Assembly: GCA_963814585.1 (NCBI GenBank)
Contig: CAWFDF010000003.1
Coordinates: 224,001-288,000 of the forward strand
Length of the DNA: 64,000 bases
From: an uncultured delta proteobacterium
Lineage (GTDB): Bacteria; Myxococcota; Myxococcia; Myxococcales; Anaeromyxobacteraceae
Direction of reading: 5' to 3'
Shown: positions 44,715 through 54,501 of the stretch, one piece after another
How positions within the stretch are numbered: position 1 is the first letter of the stretch
Layout of the letters: each line of letters opens with the position of its first letter
Translations under genes and position numbers: made by a program
The notes under the pieces: generated by a model
Database searches by the model: none
What the model was told of the DNA's origin: nothing
The model's input: the letters and a program-made list of their open reading frames with translations, nothing else

Positions 44715-45751
44715 TGCTGCCGCTCCCTCCCCTCCGCCACCTGGCTCCCCGGCACCTCCACGAGGCGCTGGCGCTGCTCGAGGAGGGCAGCCGCGGCCGG
44801 ACCACGCCGGACGGCGACGGGGCCGGGCGGCGCGGGCCGGTCCTCCCCATCGCCGGCGGCACCGACCTGGTGCCCAACCTGAAGCACCGGCTCCTCGACG
44901 TGGAGCTGCTCGTCGACCTGACCCGGCTCGAGGATCCCCACCTCCGCGGGATCCGCGAGGTGGCGGGGAGCCTCCACCTGGGCGCGCTCACCTCGCTGGC
45001 CGACGCCGCGGCCGATCCGCTGCTGCGCGCCCGCCACCCGGTGCTGGCCGGCGCCTACCGCCAGATCGGCTCGCCGCAGCTCCGCAACATGGGGACGGTG
45101 GGAGGCAACCTCTGCCTCGACACCCGCTGCAGCTACGTCAACCAGAGCGCCTTCTGGCGGGCGGCGCTCGGCCACTGCCTGAAGCGCAAGGGCACGGCGT
45201 GCCACGTGGTGCCCGGCGGCACCCGCTGCGTCGCCGCCAGCAGCTCGGACGGCGCGGCCCTGCTCACCGCGCTCGGCGCCGAGGCCCGCGTCGAGGGCAG
45301 GGCCTCGGAGCGCTGGACCCCGGTGGAGGCGCTGTTCCTCGGCGAGGGGCGGCGGCACCTGGCCCTGGCCCCCGGGGAGCTGGTCACCGAGCTGCGCCTC
45401 CCGGCGGCGCCGCCGGGCCGGCGCGCCGCCTACGAGAAGCTCCGGCTGCGCGAGGCCATCGACTTCCCGCTGCTCTCGGTGGCGGCCGTCGCCGACCTGG
45501 GGCCGGCCGGCGCCTGCCGGTCGCTGCGGGTGGTGGTCTCCGCGCTCGGCGCGCGCCCGCGGGTCGTCACCGGCCTCGGCGCCCTCGCCGAGGGCAGGCC
45601 CCTCGACGACGAGGCGCTGGAGCGGGTCGCCGCGGAGGCACATCGCCAGTGCCACCCGCTGGCCAACATCACCGCGGACCCGGCGTGGCGCCGGGCCATG
45701 GTGCCGGTGCTGGTCCGGCGGGCGCTGCGCCGGGCCCTGGGGGGATCGTGA
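44714..45751 (+). CDS. hcrB: 4-hydroxybenzoyl-CoA reductase beta subunit (FAD plus extra [4Fe-4S])
   Basis: AGGTDLVPNLK, QLRNMGTVGGNL, and the diagnostic Cys insert RCSYVNQS.FW...CLK...CHV...C. Confidence 0.88.
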   Translation: MLPLPPLRHLAPRHLHEALALLEEGSRGRTTPDGDGAGRRGPVLPIAGGTDLVPNLKHRLLDVELLVDLTRLEDPHLRGIREVAGSLHLGALTSLADAAADPLLRARHPVLAGAYRQIGSPQLRNMGTVGGNLCLDTRCSYVNQSAFWRAALGHCLKRKGTACHVVPGGTRCVAASSSDGAALLTALGAEARVEGRASERWTPVEALFLGEGRRHLALAPGELVTELRLPAAPPGRRAAYEKLRLREAIDFPLLSVAAVADLGPAGACRSLRVVVSALGARPRVVTGLGALAEGRPLDDEALERVAAEAHRQCHPLANITADPAWRRAMVPVLVRRALRRALGGS

Positions 45752-46665
45752 CCGGCCCCGGTGACGAGCGCGAGGGACCGGGCGGCGCCGAAGGTGGCCG
45801 CGGCGACGACGTCTACGAGGCCCTGGCGCGGGCCCGGCGAGAGCGCGTCCCGGCGGTGCTGGCGACCGTGGTCGAGGTGGCCGGCTCCACGCCGCAGGCC
45901 CCCGGCGCCAAGCTCCTCCTCCTCTCCACCGGACCGGCGATCGGGACCGTCGGCGGCGGGGCCGTCGAGCACCGCGTCCTGGAGGAGGCGCGGGCCATGC
46001 TCGCGCCCGGCGGCCCGGCCCGGCGCCTCGCCGTCTACGAGCTCTCCCGGGACCTCGGCATGTGCTGCGGGGGACGGATGAGGATCTTCCTGGAGCGGAT
46101 CGAGCCGGCGGCCCGGCTCCTGCTCTTCGGCGCCGGCCACGTCGGCCGGGCCATCTGCGCGGCGGCGTCCCGCGCCGGGTTCGAGGTGACGGTGGTCGAC
46201 GAGCGGGAGGCGTGGACGGCCCCCGGCCAGCTGCCGTCGGCGCGGCGGGTCCTCTGCGAAGAGCCCGCCGCCGCGGTGGCCGAGCTCCGGCCCGACGCCG
46301 CCACGGCGTGCGTCGTGGCCACCCACGCCCACGCCATCGACCAGGCCACCGTGAAAGCGCTGCTGGCGACGCCGGCCGCCTTCGTCGGGATGATCGGCAG
46401 CCGCCGCAAGCGGGACAGGTTCCTCCAGCGGCTCTCCGCGCAGGGCGCGTCGCCGGCGCAGCTGGCCCGGCTCCGCACGCCCCTCGGGCTGGACATCGGC
46501 GCGGTCACGCCGGAGGAGATCGCGGTCAGCGTCGTCGCCGAGCTGGTGGCGGTCCGGCGCGGACGGCCGGTGGACCGGTCCGGTCGCCGCGAGGAGCCGG
46601 CTCCTGAGGTCCCGGCGTTGCGGCTGCTCCCGGCCGCCGGCTGGCCGGATCAGGAGGGCGGGTGA
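45748..46665 (+). CDS. xdhC: XdhC/CoxI molybdenum-cofactor insertion chaperone
   Basis: GSTPQAPGAK, GTVGGGAVE, GMCCGG, GMIGSRRK, TPEEIAVS. Confidence 0.88.
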   Translation: MTGPGDEREGPGGAEGGRGDDVYEALARARRERVPAVLATVVEVAGSTPQAPGAKLLLLSTGPAIGTVGGGAVEHRVLEEARAMLAPGGPARRLAVYELSRDLGMCCGGRMRIFLERIEPAARLLLFGAGHVGRAICAAASRAGFEVTVVDEREAWTAPGQLPSARRVLCEEPAAAVAELRPDAATACVVATHAHAIDQATVKALLATPAAFVGMIGSRRKRDRFLQRLSAQGASPAQLARLRTPLGLDIGAVTPEEIAVSVVAELVAVRRGRPVDRSGRREEPAPEVPALRLLPAAGWPDQEGG

Positions 46666-47279
46666 GCGTCGCCGCCGTCGTCCTCGCCGCCGGGGCGTCC
46701 AGCCGGATGGGATCGCCCAAGCCGCTCCTCGAGCTCCAGGGCGAGACCTTCCTCGGCCGCATCCTCCGGACCCTCGCGGCGGCGGAGGGCGTCGGTGACC
46801 GGATCGCCGTGCTCGGCCACCAGTCGGCCCGGGTCCGGCAGGGCGTCGGCCTCGCCGGCGCCCGCGCGGTCACCTGCCGGAGCTGGCGGCGGGGGATGCT
46901 GGCGTCGCTCCGCTGCGGCGTCCGCGCCGCGCTGGAGGCGGACCCGGGGCTGCCGGCCGTGCTGGTCTGCCACGTCGACCAGCCCCTCCTCCGGGCCGCC
47001 ACCGCCGCCAGGCTGGTGGGCGCCTTCCGCGCCGGACGGGGTGACGTCCTGGTCGCCACCCATGGCGGCCGCCCCGGGCACCCGGTCCTGCTGGCCCGTG
47101 GCTTCCTCGACCGGCTCCTGGCCGACCGCGGGGTCGAGTCGCTGGCCGCGGCCATCGCCCGGCACGCCCGCCGCCGGGTCGAGGTGGCATGCCGGGACGC
47201 CGCCGTGACGCAGAACATCAATACCAAGGAGGCCCTGGCCGCACTCGAGGTGCAGTTGTCGATTCCCAAGGCGTGTTGA
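46662..47279 (+). CDS. mocA: Molybdenum cofactor cytidylyltransferase (MocA-like)
   Basis: VLAAGASSRMG.PK, GMLASL, DQP, GHPVL; next to an MCD-dependent enzyme. Confidence 0.8.
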   Translation: MSVAAVVLAAGASSRMGSPKPLLELQGETFLGRILRTLAAAEGVGDRIAVLGHQSARVRQGVGLAGARAVTCRSWRRGMLASLRCGVRAALEADPGLPAVLVCHVDQPLLRAATAARLVGAFRAGRGDVLVATHGGRPGHPVLLARGFLDRLLADRGVESLAAAIARHARRRVEVACRDAAVTQNINTKEALAALEVQLSIPKAC

Positions 47280-47352
47280 TGCTGTTAGCGTTTTCTCCAT
47301 CCCCCGCTTCGCGCAACGGACCACTGGGGCCTCGTGCCCCGAGGAGGATCAC

Positions 47353-48489
47353 GTGATGAGGATGCTCAGACCCATTCTGGCCGTGGTGTTGTTCTGTCTG
47401 GCTGGACCGGCGGCCGCAGCCGAGACCATCAAGATCGGGGCGCTGCTGGCGGTGACCGGGCCGGCCTCCTTCCTGGGCGCCCCGGAAGCGCGCACGCTGG
47501 AGATGCTGGTGGAGAAGGCCAACGCCGCCGGCGGCATCAACGGCATCAAGTTCGAGCTGCTGATCAAGGACACCGGCGCCAGCCCCGAGAAGGCCGTGTC
47601 CTTCGCCAAGCAGCTCATCGAGGAGCACCAGGTCTTCGCCATCATCGGCCCCTCCACCAGCGGCGAGTCGATGCAGGTGAAGCAGCTGGCCGAGGAGAGC
47701 GGCACCCTGCTGCTCTCCTGCGCCGCGGCCGAGGTCATCGTCCAGCCGGTGTCCAGGTGGGTCTTCAAGTCGCCGCAGAGCGACAGCGACGCCGTCCGGC
47801 GGATCTTCGACCGCATCAAGAAGCTCGGCATCACCAAGGTCGGCGTGCTCACCTCCAACACCGGCTTCGGCAAGGCCGGCAAGGCCCAGCTGGAGAAGCT
47901 GGCGCCGACCTACGGCCTCACCATCGTGGCCAGCGAGGTCTACGACAAGGCCGCCACCGACCTGACCGCCGAGGTCACCAAGATGAAGGCGTCGGGCGCC
48001 GCCGCCCTGGTCAACTGGTCGATCGAGCCGGCCCAGTCGATCGTCCTCAAGAACGCCCGCCAGATCGGCCTGGCCATCCCGCTCTTCCAGAGCCACGGCT
48101 TCGGCAACCTCGCCTACGTCAAGGCGGCCGGGGAAGCCGCCGAGGGCGTGGTCTTCCCGGCTGGCCGGCTCCTGGTGGCCGACTCGCTCCCCGACTCCAA
48201 CCCGCAGAAGAAGCTCCTCGTCGACTACAAGCGCAGCTACGAGGCCAGGTACAAGGAGGACGTCTCCACCTTCGGCGGTCACGCCTATGACGCCTTCCTC
48301 ATGCTCGAGGCCGGCCTCAAGGCCGGCGGGACCAACAAGCAGAAGGCCCGCGACGCCATCGAGAAGATCACCGGGATGGCCGGAACCGCCGGCGTCTTCA
48401 ACATGTCGGCCACCGATCACTGCGGCCTGAACCAGGACGCCTTCGAGATGCTGGTGGTGAAGGACGGCAAGTTCCAGATCCTGAAGTAG
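47353..48489 (+). CDS. HAAT/Liv-family ABC substrate-binding protein
   Basis: Signal peptide, IKIGALLAVTGPASFLG, NAAGGING, IIGPSTSG. Confidence 0.88.
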   Translation: MMRMLRPILAVVLFCLAGPAAAAETIKIGALLAVTGPASFLGAPEARTLEMLVEKANAAGGINGIKFELLIKDTGASPEKAVSFAKQLIEEHQVFAIIGPSTSGESMQVKQLAEESGTLLLSCAAAEVIVQPVSRWVFKSPQSDSDAVRRIFDRIKKLGITKVGVLTSNTGFGKAGKAQLEKLAPTYGLTIVASEVYDKAATDLTAEVTKMKASGAAALVNWSIEPAQSIVLKNARQIGLAIPLFQSHGFGNLAYVKAAGEAAEGVVFPAGRLLVADSLPDSNPQKKLLVDYKRSYEARYKEDVSTFGGHAYDAFLMLEAGLKAGGTNKQKARDAIEKITGMAGTAGVFNMSATDHCGLNQDAFEMLVVKDGKFQILK

Positions 48490-48533
48490 CGCTCGGGCCG
48501 GGCCGCCTCGAGCGGCCAGGCGTGCGGAACATG

Positions 48534-48573
48534 GAGAGGGGACCCGGGTCGAACCCGGGTCCCCTCTCTCTTT
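48534..48573 (+). terminator. Intrinsic terminator closing the aromatic island
   Basis: Perfect 15-bp stem gagaggggacccggg/cccgggtcccctctc, tcgaa loop, followed by tcttt. Confidence 0.85.
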
Positions 48574-48628
48574 GGCGGTCGGCACTGAACATCCCTGCAG
48601 GCACCGGGGTGGGGAGATGGGCGGCCCG

Positions 48629-48693
48629 TTGACTTCCCGACCCGGATCCACCTAGATCCGGACCACTTCGTGGCAAAAAGTGGCAGGAAGTGG
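48629..48693 (+). promoter_or_regulatory. dcw promoter with three MraZ-binding repeats
   Basis: TTGACT at 48629, TAGATC at 48653, then GTGG at 48670, 48680 and 48690 (10-bp period). Confidence 0.75.
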
Positions 48694-48719
48694 ATCGCAG
48701 GGGCAGGATCGGACCGCTC

Positions 48720-49154
48720 GTGTTCTTCGGAACCTACAACCACACCATCGACGGCAAGGGGCGCACCAGCCTCCCGGCCAGGCTGCGCGAGGCGCTCGCG
48801 GCGGCCGGCGAGCCGCGCATCGTGCTGCTGCGCAACTCGCACACCAGGTCGCTGCTGGCGCTGCCCCAGTCGCAGTGGAGCGAGCTGGCGCGCAAGGTGG
48901 CGGCCGCCTCGCCGTTCGACGCCCTGATGCAGCGCAACGTCCTCAAGTTCATCGCCTCGGCCCACGAGGTGGACCTCGACGTCCACGGCCGCGTGCTGGT
49001 GCCACCGGCGCTCCGCGAGTGGGCCGGGCTGGTGAAGGACGTCGTCTGGGTGGGCATGGGTGGCTACATCCAGCTCTACGACCAGGCGGCGTACGAGGCG
49101 GAGATGGCGGCGGAGATCCCCGCCGAGCAGCGGCTCGACTTCTTCAAGGTCTAG
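48720..49154 (+). CDS. mraZ: Division/cell wall cluster repressor MraZ
   Basis: [14 protein letters not shown] and [10 protein letters not shown] (two DxxGR motifs); GTG start. Confidence 0.92.
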   Translation: MFFGTYNHTIDGKGRTSLPARLREALAAAGEPRIVLLRNSHTRSLLALPQSQWSELARKVAAASPFDALMQRNVLKFIASAHEVDLDVHGRVLVPPALREWAGLVKDVVWVGMGGYIQLYDQAAYEAEMAAEIPAEQRLDFFKV

Positions 49155-49172
49155 GGCGTGGAGGGCGAAGGC

Positions 49173-49475
49173 ATGTACGAGACCAGGCAGGGGGACGAGG
49201 TGACGGTGATCCGGGGCGCCGGCGAGCTCTCCCGCGAGGAGCTGGCCGCCATCGCGCGGGTGGCGGCGCAGGCGCGGGCGCTGGGTCGGACCGTGGTCGT
49301 CGACCTGAAGCGGGTCACCCACCTCCACTACGCCGGCGCCGCGCTGCTCAAGGCCATCCCCGGGCTGCGCGCCGCGGGCGCGACGCGCTACGTGCGCGAC
49401 CTGGTGCACGCCGGCGGGGCCGGAGGGTACGTCGAGATGTTCGCCGACGTCGAGACCGCCATCCGGGCCGCGTGA
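49173..49475 (+). CDS. STAS/anti-sigma-antagonist-like protein
   Basis: [10 protein letters not shown]...[15 protein letters not shown]; lies between mraZ and rsmH. Confidence 0.7.
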   Translation: MYETRQGDEVTVIRGAGELSREELAAIARVAAQARALGRTVVVDLKRVTHLHYAGAALLKAIPGLRAAGATRYVRDLVHAGGAGGYVEMFADVETAIRAA

Positions 49476-50404
49476 GCGAGGCGTATGTCCATGAGCCGGT
49501 GCTGGCACACGAGGTGGTCGAGCTGCTCCGTCCCGGGCCGGGGATGCTGTTCCTCGACGGCACCCTCGGTGGCGGCGGCCACTCGTCGCTCTTCCTCGAG
49601 GCGGGGGCGCGCGTGATCGGCATGGACAAGGACCCGCGCGCCCTGGCGGCGGCCAGCGCCCGGCTGGCCCGCTACGGTGAGGCCTTCCGCGCCGTGCGCG
49701 GCGACTTCCGCGACGCCCGCAACGTGCTGGCGGCGCTCGGGCTCGACGGCGTCGACGGCGCGCTGGTGGACCTCGGGGTCTCCTCCCCGCAGCTCGACGA
49801 CCCGTCGCGCGGCTTCTCCTTCCGCGACGGCGGCCCGCTCGACATGCGCATGGGGCCGGAGGGCCAGACGCTGGCCGACCTGCTGATCCGCCTCGACGAG
49901 CGCGAGCTCTCCGCCATCCTCTCGACCTACGGGGAGGAGCCGTTCGCCCGCCCCATCGCCCGCGCCATCAAGCGCGCCGTCGAGTCCGGCGACCCGCTCG
50001 ACACGGCCCGGCTGGCCGAGCTGGTGGGCGCCGCCATCCCGCGCAAGGCCTGGCCGAAGCGGATCCACCCGGCCACCCGGACCTTCCAGGCGCTCCGCAT
50101 CGCGGTCAACGACGAGCTGGGGGCGCTGGCGGCCTGGCTGGAGTCGCTCCCGCAGCTCGTCAAGCCGGGCGGCCGCGCCGGGGCCATCGCCTTCCACAGC
50201 CTCGAGGATCGGGCCGTCAAGGAGAAGTTCCGCGCCCTCTGCCAGGCCTGCACCTGCCCGCCGGGCATGCCGGTGTGCGGCTGCGGCGCCACGCCCACCT
50301 TCTCGCCGGTGACCCGCAAGCCGGCCATGGCCAGCGACGCCGAGGTGGCGCGCAACCCGCGCGCCCGCAGCGCGCGGCTGCGCGTGGTGGAGCGGCGCCG
50401 GTGA
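49472..50404 (+). CDS. rsmH: 16S rRNA m4C1402 methyltransferase
   Basis: [42 protein letters not shown]. Confidence 0.95.
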   Translation: MSEAYVHEPVLAHEVVELLRPGPGMLFLDGTLGGGGHSSLFLEAGARVIGMDKDPRALAAASARLARYGEAFRAVRGDFRDARNVLAALGLDGVDGALVDLGVSSPQLDDPSRGFSFRDGGPLDMRMGPEGQTLADLLIRLDERELSAILSTYGEEPFARPIARAIKRAVESGDPLDTARLAELVGAAIPRKAWPKRIHPATRTFQALRIAVNDELGALAAWLESLPQLVKPGGRAGAIAFHSLEDRAVKEKFRALCQACTCPPGMPVCGCGATPTFSPVTRKPAMASDAEVARNPRARSARLRVVERRR

Positions 50405-50856
50405 TCCGCGCCGCCTCCAGGCGGCCCGCCGTGGCCGGCCCCGTCCTGCGGACCACCCTCTTCGTCGCCCTGCTGGCGGCCATGCTGGTGGCCTTCACCT
50501 GGTCGCGAACGCGGACGCTCACCGCCGCCTACCAGCTGGGCCTGCTCCAGAAGGAGCACGCCCGGCTCACCGCCGAGCACGACCGGCTGGTGCTGGAGGT
50601 GGAGGCGCTCAAGGCGCCTTCGGCGCTGGAGAAGTTCGCGCGGACCAAGCTCTCGATGGCTCCACCCGCGCCCGGCGCGGTGATCGCGGTGCACGCCGCG
50701 GCGATCGCCTCCCGGCCGGCGCTGGAGCCCAACCCTGGACGGGCGGCGGCGGGTGCCCGCACGGCGTCGGCGAACGCCGGGCGGGACGCGGAGGTCCCCG
50801 GGGCGCAGCGGGTCGCGCTCCGGGGGCCGTCGCGGGTGGCCTCGTCGACGGAGTGA
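50401..50856 (+). CDS. ftsL: Cell division protein FtsL
   Basis: One TM segment, then a coiled coil ([17 protein letters not shown]...[11 protein letters not shown]); canonical position. Confidence 0.75.
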   Translation: MIRAASRRPAVAGPVLRTTLFVALLAAMLVAFTWSRTRTLTAAYQLGLLQKEHARLTAEHDRLVLEVEALKAPSALEKFARTKLSMAPPAPGAVIAVHAAAIASRPALEPNPGRAAAGARTASANAGRDAEVPGAQRVALRGPSRVASSTE

Positions 50857-50865
50857 TCGGCCTCC

Positions 50866-52899
50866 ATGCGCCCCGGGCCGGACCCCAAGGCAACCCGCTG
50901 GATCGCCGTCCGCATCGGCCTGATCGGCCTGCTCTTCCTGGCCGGCTTCGCCGGCCTGGCCTGGCGCGCCGTGCAGCTGCAGGTGGTGCAGCGCGAGCGG
51001 CTCTCCTCCGAGGCGCGCGACCAGTACCTGCGCCAGTTCGAGATGAAGCCGCGCCGCGGCGTGGTGACGGACCGGGCCGGCGTGCTGCTGGCCGGCAGCG
51101 CCGACGCCGAGTCGGTCTTCGTGGATCCCGAGCTGCTGGGCGAGCGGGCCAACACGGTGCTCCGGCCGCTGGCCGCCGCGCTCGGCCTGGACTGGAAGGC
51201 GCTGGCGAGGAAGGTGGAGCGCGGGTCGCGCTTCGTCTGGGCCAAGCGGCGCATCTCGCCGGCGGAGGCCAGCGCGGTGCGCCTGCTGGCCGTCCCCGGC
51301 GTCGGCCTGGTGGCCGAGAACCGGCGCTACTACCCGAAGGTCACGCTGGCCGGGCAGCTGCTCGGCGTCACCGGCGACGAGGGCTCCGGGCTCGACGGCG
51401 TCGAGCTGGCCTTCGACGACCTGCTGCGTGGCGAGCCGACGCGGGTCCCCTCGCTGCGCGACGGGAGGGGGAGACTGGTGCTCCAGGACGCCCCGGGCTC
51501 GGCCCGTGGGCGCGAGGGGGCGCGGATCGAGCTGACCATCGACCAGGGGCTGCAGCTGGCCGCCGAGCGGGCGCTGGCCACGGCGGTCCGCGGCAGCCGG
51601 GCGCTCTCCGGCGTGGCGGTGGCGCTCGATCCGGCCACCGGCGAGATCCTGGCCATGGCCAGCGATCCGCCCGTCAACCCCAACTCGCCACGCGGCGGGC
51701 CGGACCAGCGCAACCGGGCCGTCACCGACGCCTTCGAGCCCGGCTCCACCGTCAAGGCCTTCACCCTGGCGGGTGCGCTCGACCGCGGCGTCCTCAAGCC
51801 CACCGACGCCATCGACTGCAGCGCAGGGTACACCGTGGGTGGACACATCATCCACGACCACAAGCCCATCGGCTGGACCGGCCCGGCCCAGGTGCTGGCC
51901 GCCTCGTCCAACGTGGGCGCCGCCCGCATCGGGGCCCGGCTCGGCAAGCAGGGGCTCTCCGAGGTGCTCGCCTCCTTCGGGTTCGGCGAGCGCGCCGGCA
52001 CCGGGCTCCCCGGCGAGCGGCGCGGCCAGCTGCCGTTCCCGAGAGCCGACATCACCCTGGCCACGCAGAGCTTCGGCCAGGGATTCACCGCCACGCCGCT
52101 GCAGGTGGTCCTCGCCATGGGCGCCATCGCCAACGGCGGCACGCTCATGAAGCCGCTGCTGGTGAGGCGCGTGCTCGACCCGGCCGACGGGTCGGTGCTG
52201 GACCAGGCCGAGCCGGCCCCGGTCCGGCGGGCGGTCTCGGCCGCCTCCGCCGCCACCATGGTCCGCTGGCTCGCCGGGGTGGTCGAGGATCCGGACGGGA
52301 CCGGCAAGCGGGCCCGGTCCGACGGCTGGCGTGTCGCCGGCAAGACCGGCACCGCCCAGAAGTCCGACCCGGTCTCGGGCGGGTACTCGGCCGACCGCCA
52401 CTTCAGCTCCTTCGTCGGCTTCGCGCCGGTCGAGGCTCCACGGGTGGTCATCGGCGTCTTCATCGACGAGCCCAGGGGGGAGATCTTCGGCGGCGAGGTG
52501 GCCGCCCCGCCGTTTCGCGAGATCGCCGAGTACGCCCTGAAGATGCTGGGGGTTCCGCCCACCGGGCCGGGTCCCGCCAGCGGGCCGGCACCCCGCCTCC
52601 CGGCCGCCCAGGCCGCTGCGTCCCTCCCCGCGGAGATCCCGGCTGGGGAGCCCGACGTGGAGCCGGCCGCCCTGGCCCCGGTCGCCGTGGCGGCTCGCCG
52701 GAGCGCCGGCACCACCGGCGGCGTGGCGGTCCCGGCGCTGGCCGGCCTCCCGGCGCGGAGCGCCATCCGGGCGCTGGAGGCCCTCGATCTCGGCGCCGAG
52801 CTGACCGGCTCCGGCCGGGTGGTCCTGCAGGCCCCGCCCCCGGGCCGGGTCGTCGAGCGCGGCGCGCGCGTCAAGATTACCCTCGCGCCCCCGGGCTGA
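50866..52899 (+). CDS. ftsI: Penicillin-binding protein 3 with C-terminal PASTA domain
   Basis: RRGVVTDR, EPGSTVK (SxxK), SSN, KTGTAQK. Confidence 0.92.
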   Translation: MRPGPDPKATRWIAVRIGLIGLLFLAGFAGLAWRAVQLQVVQRERLSSEARDQYLRQFEMKPRRGVVTDRAGVLLAGSADAESVFVDPELLGERANTVLRPLAAALGLDWKALARKVERGSRFVWAKRRISPAEASAVRLLAVPGVGLVAENRRYYPKVTLAGQLLGVTGDEGSGLDGVELAFDDLLRGEPTRVPSLRDGRGRLVLQDAPGSARGREGARIELTIDQGLQLAAERALATAVRGSRALSGVAVALDPATGEILAMASDPPVNPNSPRGGPDQRNRAVTDAFEPGSTVKAFTLAGALDRGVLKPTDAIDCSAGYTVGGHIIHDHKPIGWTGPAQVLAASSNVGAARIGARLGKQGLSEVLASFGFGERAGTGLPGERRGQLPFPRADITLATQSFGQGFTATPLQVVLAMGAIANGGTLMKPLLVRRVLDPADGSVLDQAEPAPVRRAVSAASAATMVRWLAGVVEDPDGTGKRARSDGWRVAGKTGTAQKSDPVSGGYSADRHFSSFVGFAPVEAPRVVIGVFIDEPRGEIFGGEVAAPPFREIAEYALKMLGVPPTGPGPASGPAPRLPAAQAAASLPAEIPAGEPDVEPAALAPVAVAARRSAGTTGGVAVPALAGLPARSAIRALEALDLGAELTGSGRVVLQAPPPGRVVERGARVKITLAPPG

Positions 52900-53005
52900 C
52901 GTAGTATCGGGCCGCGCCGGAACCGGCCGGCTGCGGCGCCACGCAACCTCCCGCACGGACGCCGGAAATTGGCCGGTCCTCCCCGCGCGTGAGAACCTTC
53001 CACCG

Positions 53006-54501
53006 ATGCGGCTCTCGGACGTCATCGCAGGCACCGGCGCGCGCGGCGCGCTCCCCGACGACCCGGAGGTCCTCCGCGTCACCGGCGACTCCCGGGAGGT
53101 GGTCCCGGGTGCGCTCTTCTGCGCGCTCCCGGGGACGCGCACCGACGGCCACGCCTTCGCCGCCGAGGCCGCCCGACGCGGCGCCGTGGCCGTGATCGCC
53201 GAGCGGCCGGTGGACTGCGCGCCGGCCGGCCTGCTGCTGGCGCCGTCGGCGAGGCGGGCCATGGCGCTCTGCGCCGCCAACTTCCACGGCCGGCCCGGCG
53301 ACGCCATGCAGATCGCTCGGCGTCACCGGCACCAACGGCAAGACCACGGTCTGCTACCTGGTCGAGGCCTGCGCCCGCGCCGCGGGGCGGGCGCCCGGGG
53401 TCCTGGGCACGGTCACGCACCGGTTCGGCGGCGTGGAGCGCGCCGCCACCCACACCACGCCGGAGTCGACCGCCGTGCAGGCGTTGCTCGGCGAGATGCG
53501 CGACGCCGGCACCTCGCTGGTGGTGATGGAGGTCTCCTCCCACGCCCTGGCGCAGGAGCGGGTGGCCGGCCTGCGCTTCGCCGCCGCCGGCTTCACCAAC
53601 CTCTCCCGCGATCACCTCGACTACCACGGCGACATGGAGGGGTACTTCGCCGCCAAGCGACGGCTCTTCGTCGAGCACCTCGCCCCCGACGGCATCGCGG
53701 TGGTGAACGCCCGCGACCCCTGGGGCGCGCGGCTCGCCGACCAGCTGCGGCCCGGGCCGGACCGCCTGGCGCTACGGCACCCGCGCCGAGGACCAGCTCC
53801 GGGCCGAGTCGGCGGACCTCTCCATGGCCGGGATCAAGGCCACGGTGCGGACGCCGCGTGGCCCGCTCGCCCTGCGCTCGCCGCTGGTGGGCGCGCACAA
53901 CCTGGAGAACCTCCTCTGCGCCGCCGGGCTGGCGGTGGCCGCGGGGCTGCCCATCGCCGCCGTCGAGGCCGGGCTCTCGGCCTGCCGTGGCGCGCCCGGG
54001 CGGCTGGAGCGGATCGACGGGCGCGGCCTCTCGGTCTTCGTGGACTACGCCCACACCGACGACGCGCTGGCCCGCGCCGTCGAGGCGCTCCGCTCGCTGG
54101 GGCCGCGCCGCCTGGTGCTGGTCTTCGGCTGCGGCGGCGATCGGGATCGCGGCAAGCGGCCGCTCATGGGGACGGTGGCCGGGCGCGGCGCCGACGTCAC
54201 CGTCGTCACCAGCGACAACCCCCGCACCGAGGATCCGCTCCGCATCATCGCCGAGATCGAGCCGGGGCTGGCCCAGGCCGGGTGCGCCCGCCGCACCGCC
54301 GCCGAGGCGGTCGCCGGCGAGCCGGGCTACGTGGTCGAGCCGGATCGGCGCGCCGCCATCGAGCTGGCGCTGGCCTGCGCCCGCCCGGGCGACGCCGTGC
54401 TCCTCGCCGGCAAGGGGCACGAGGCCTACCAGCTGGTGGGCTCCGAGCGCCGCCGCTTCGACGATCGGGACGAGGCGAGGAGGGCCCTGGGCCTGGCATG
54501 A
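53006..54501 (+). CDS. murE: UDP-MurNAc-tripeptide synthetase (frameshifts near 53315 and 53760)
   Basis: DSREV, GVTGTNGKTT, TTPES, MEVSSH, DHLDYH, DYAHT, DNPR (meso-DAP type) and AGKGHE over three frames. Confidence 0.92.

Noticed and set aside
41856..45751. Xanthine dehydrogenase or aerobic CO dehydrogenase
   Set aside because: The FAD subunit carries the extra [4Fe-4S] Cys insert, no CoxL AYxCSFR motif was seen, and the context is aromatic, so HcrCAB is preferred.
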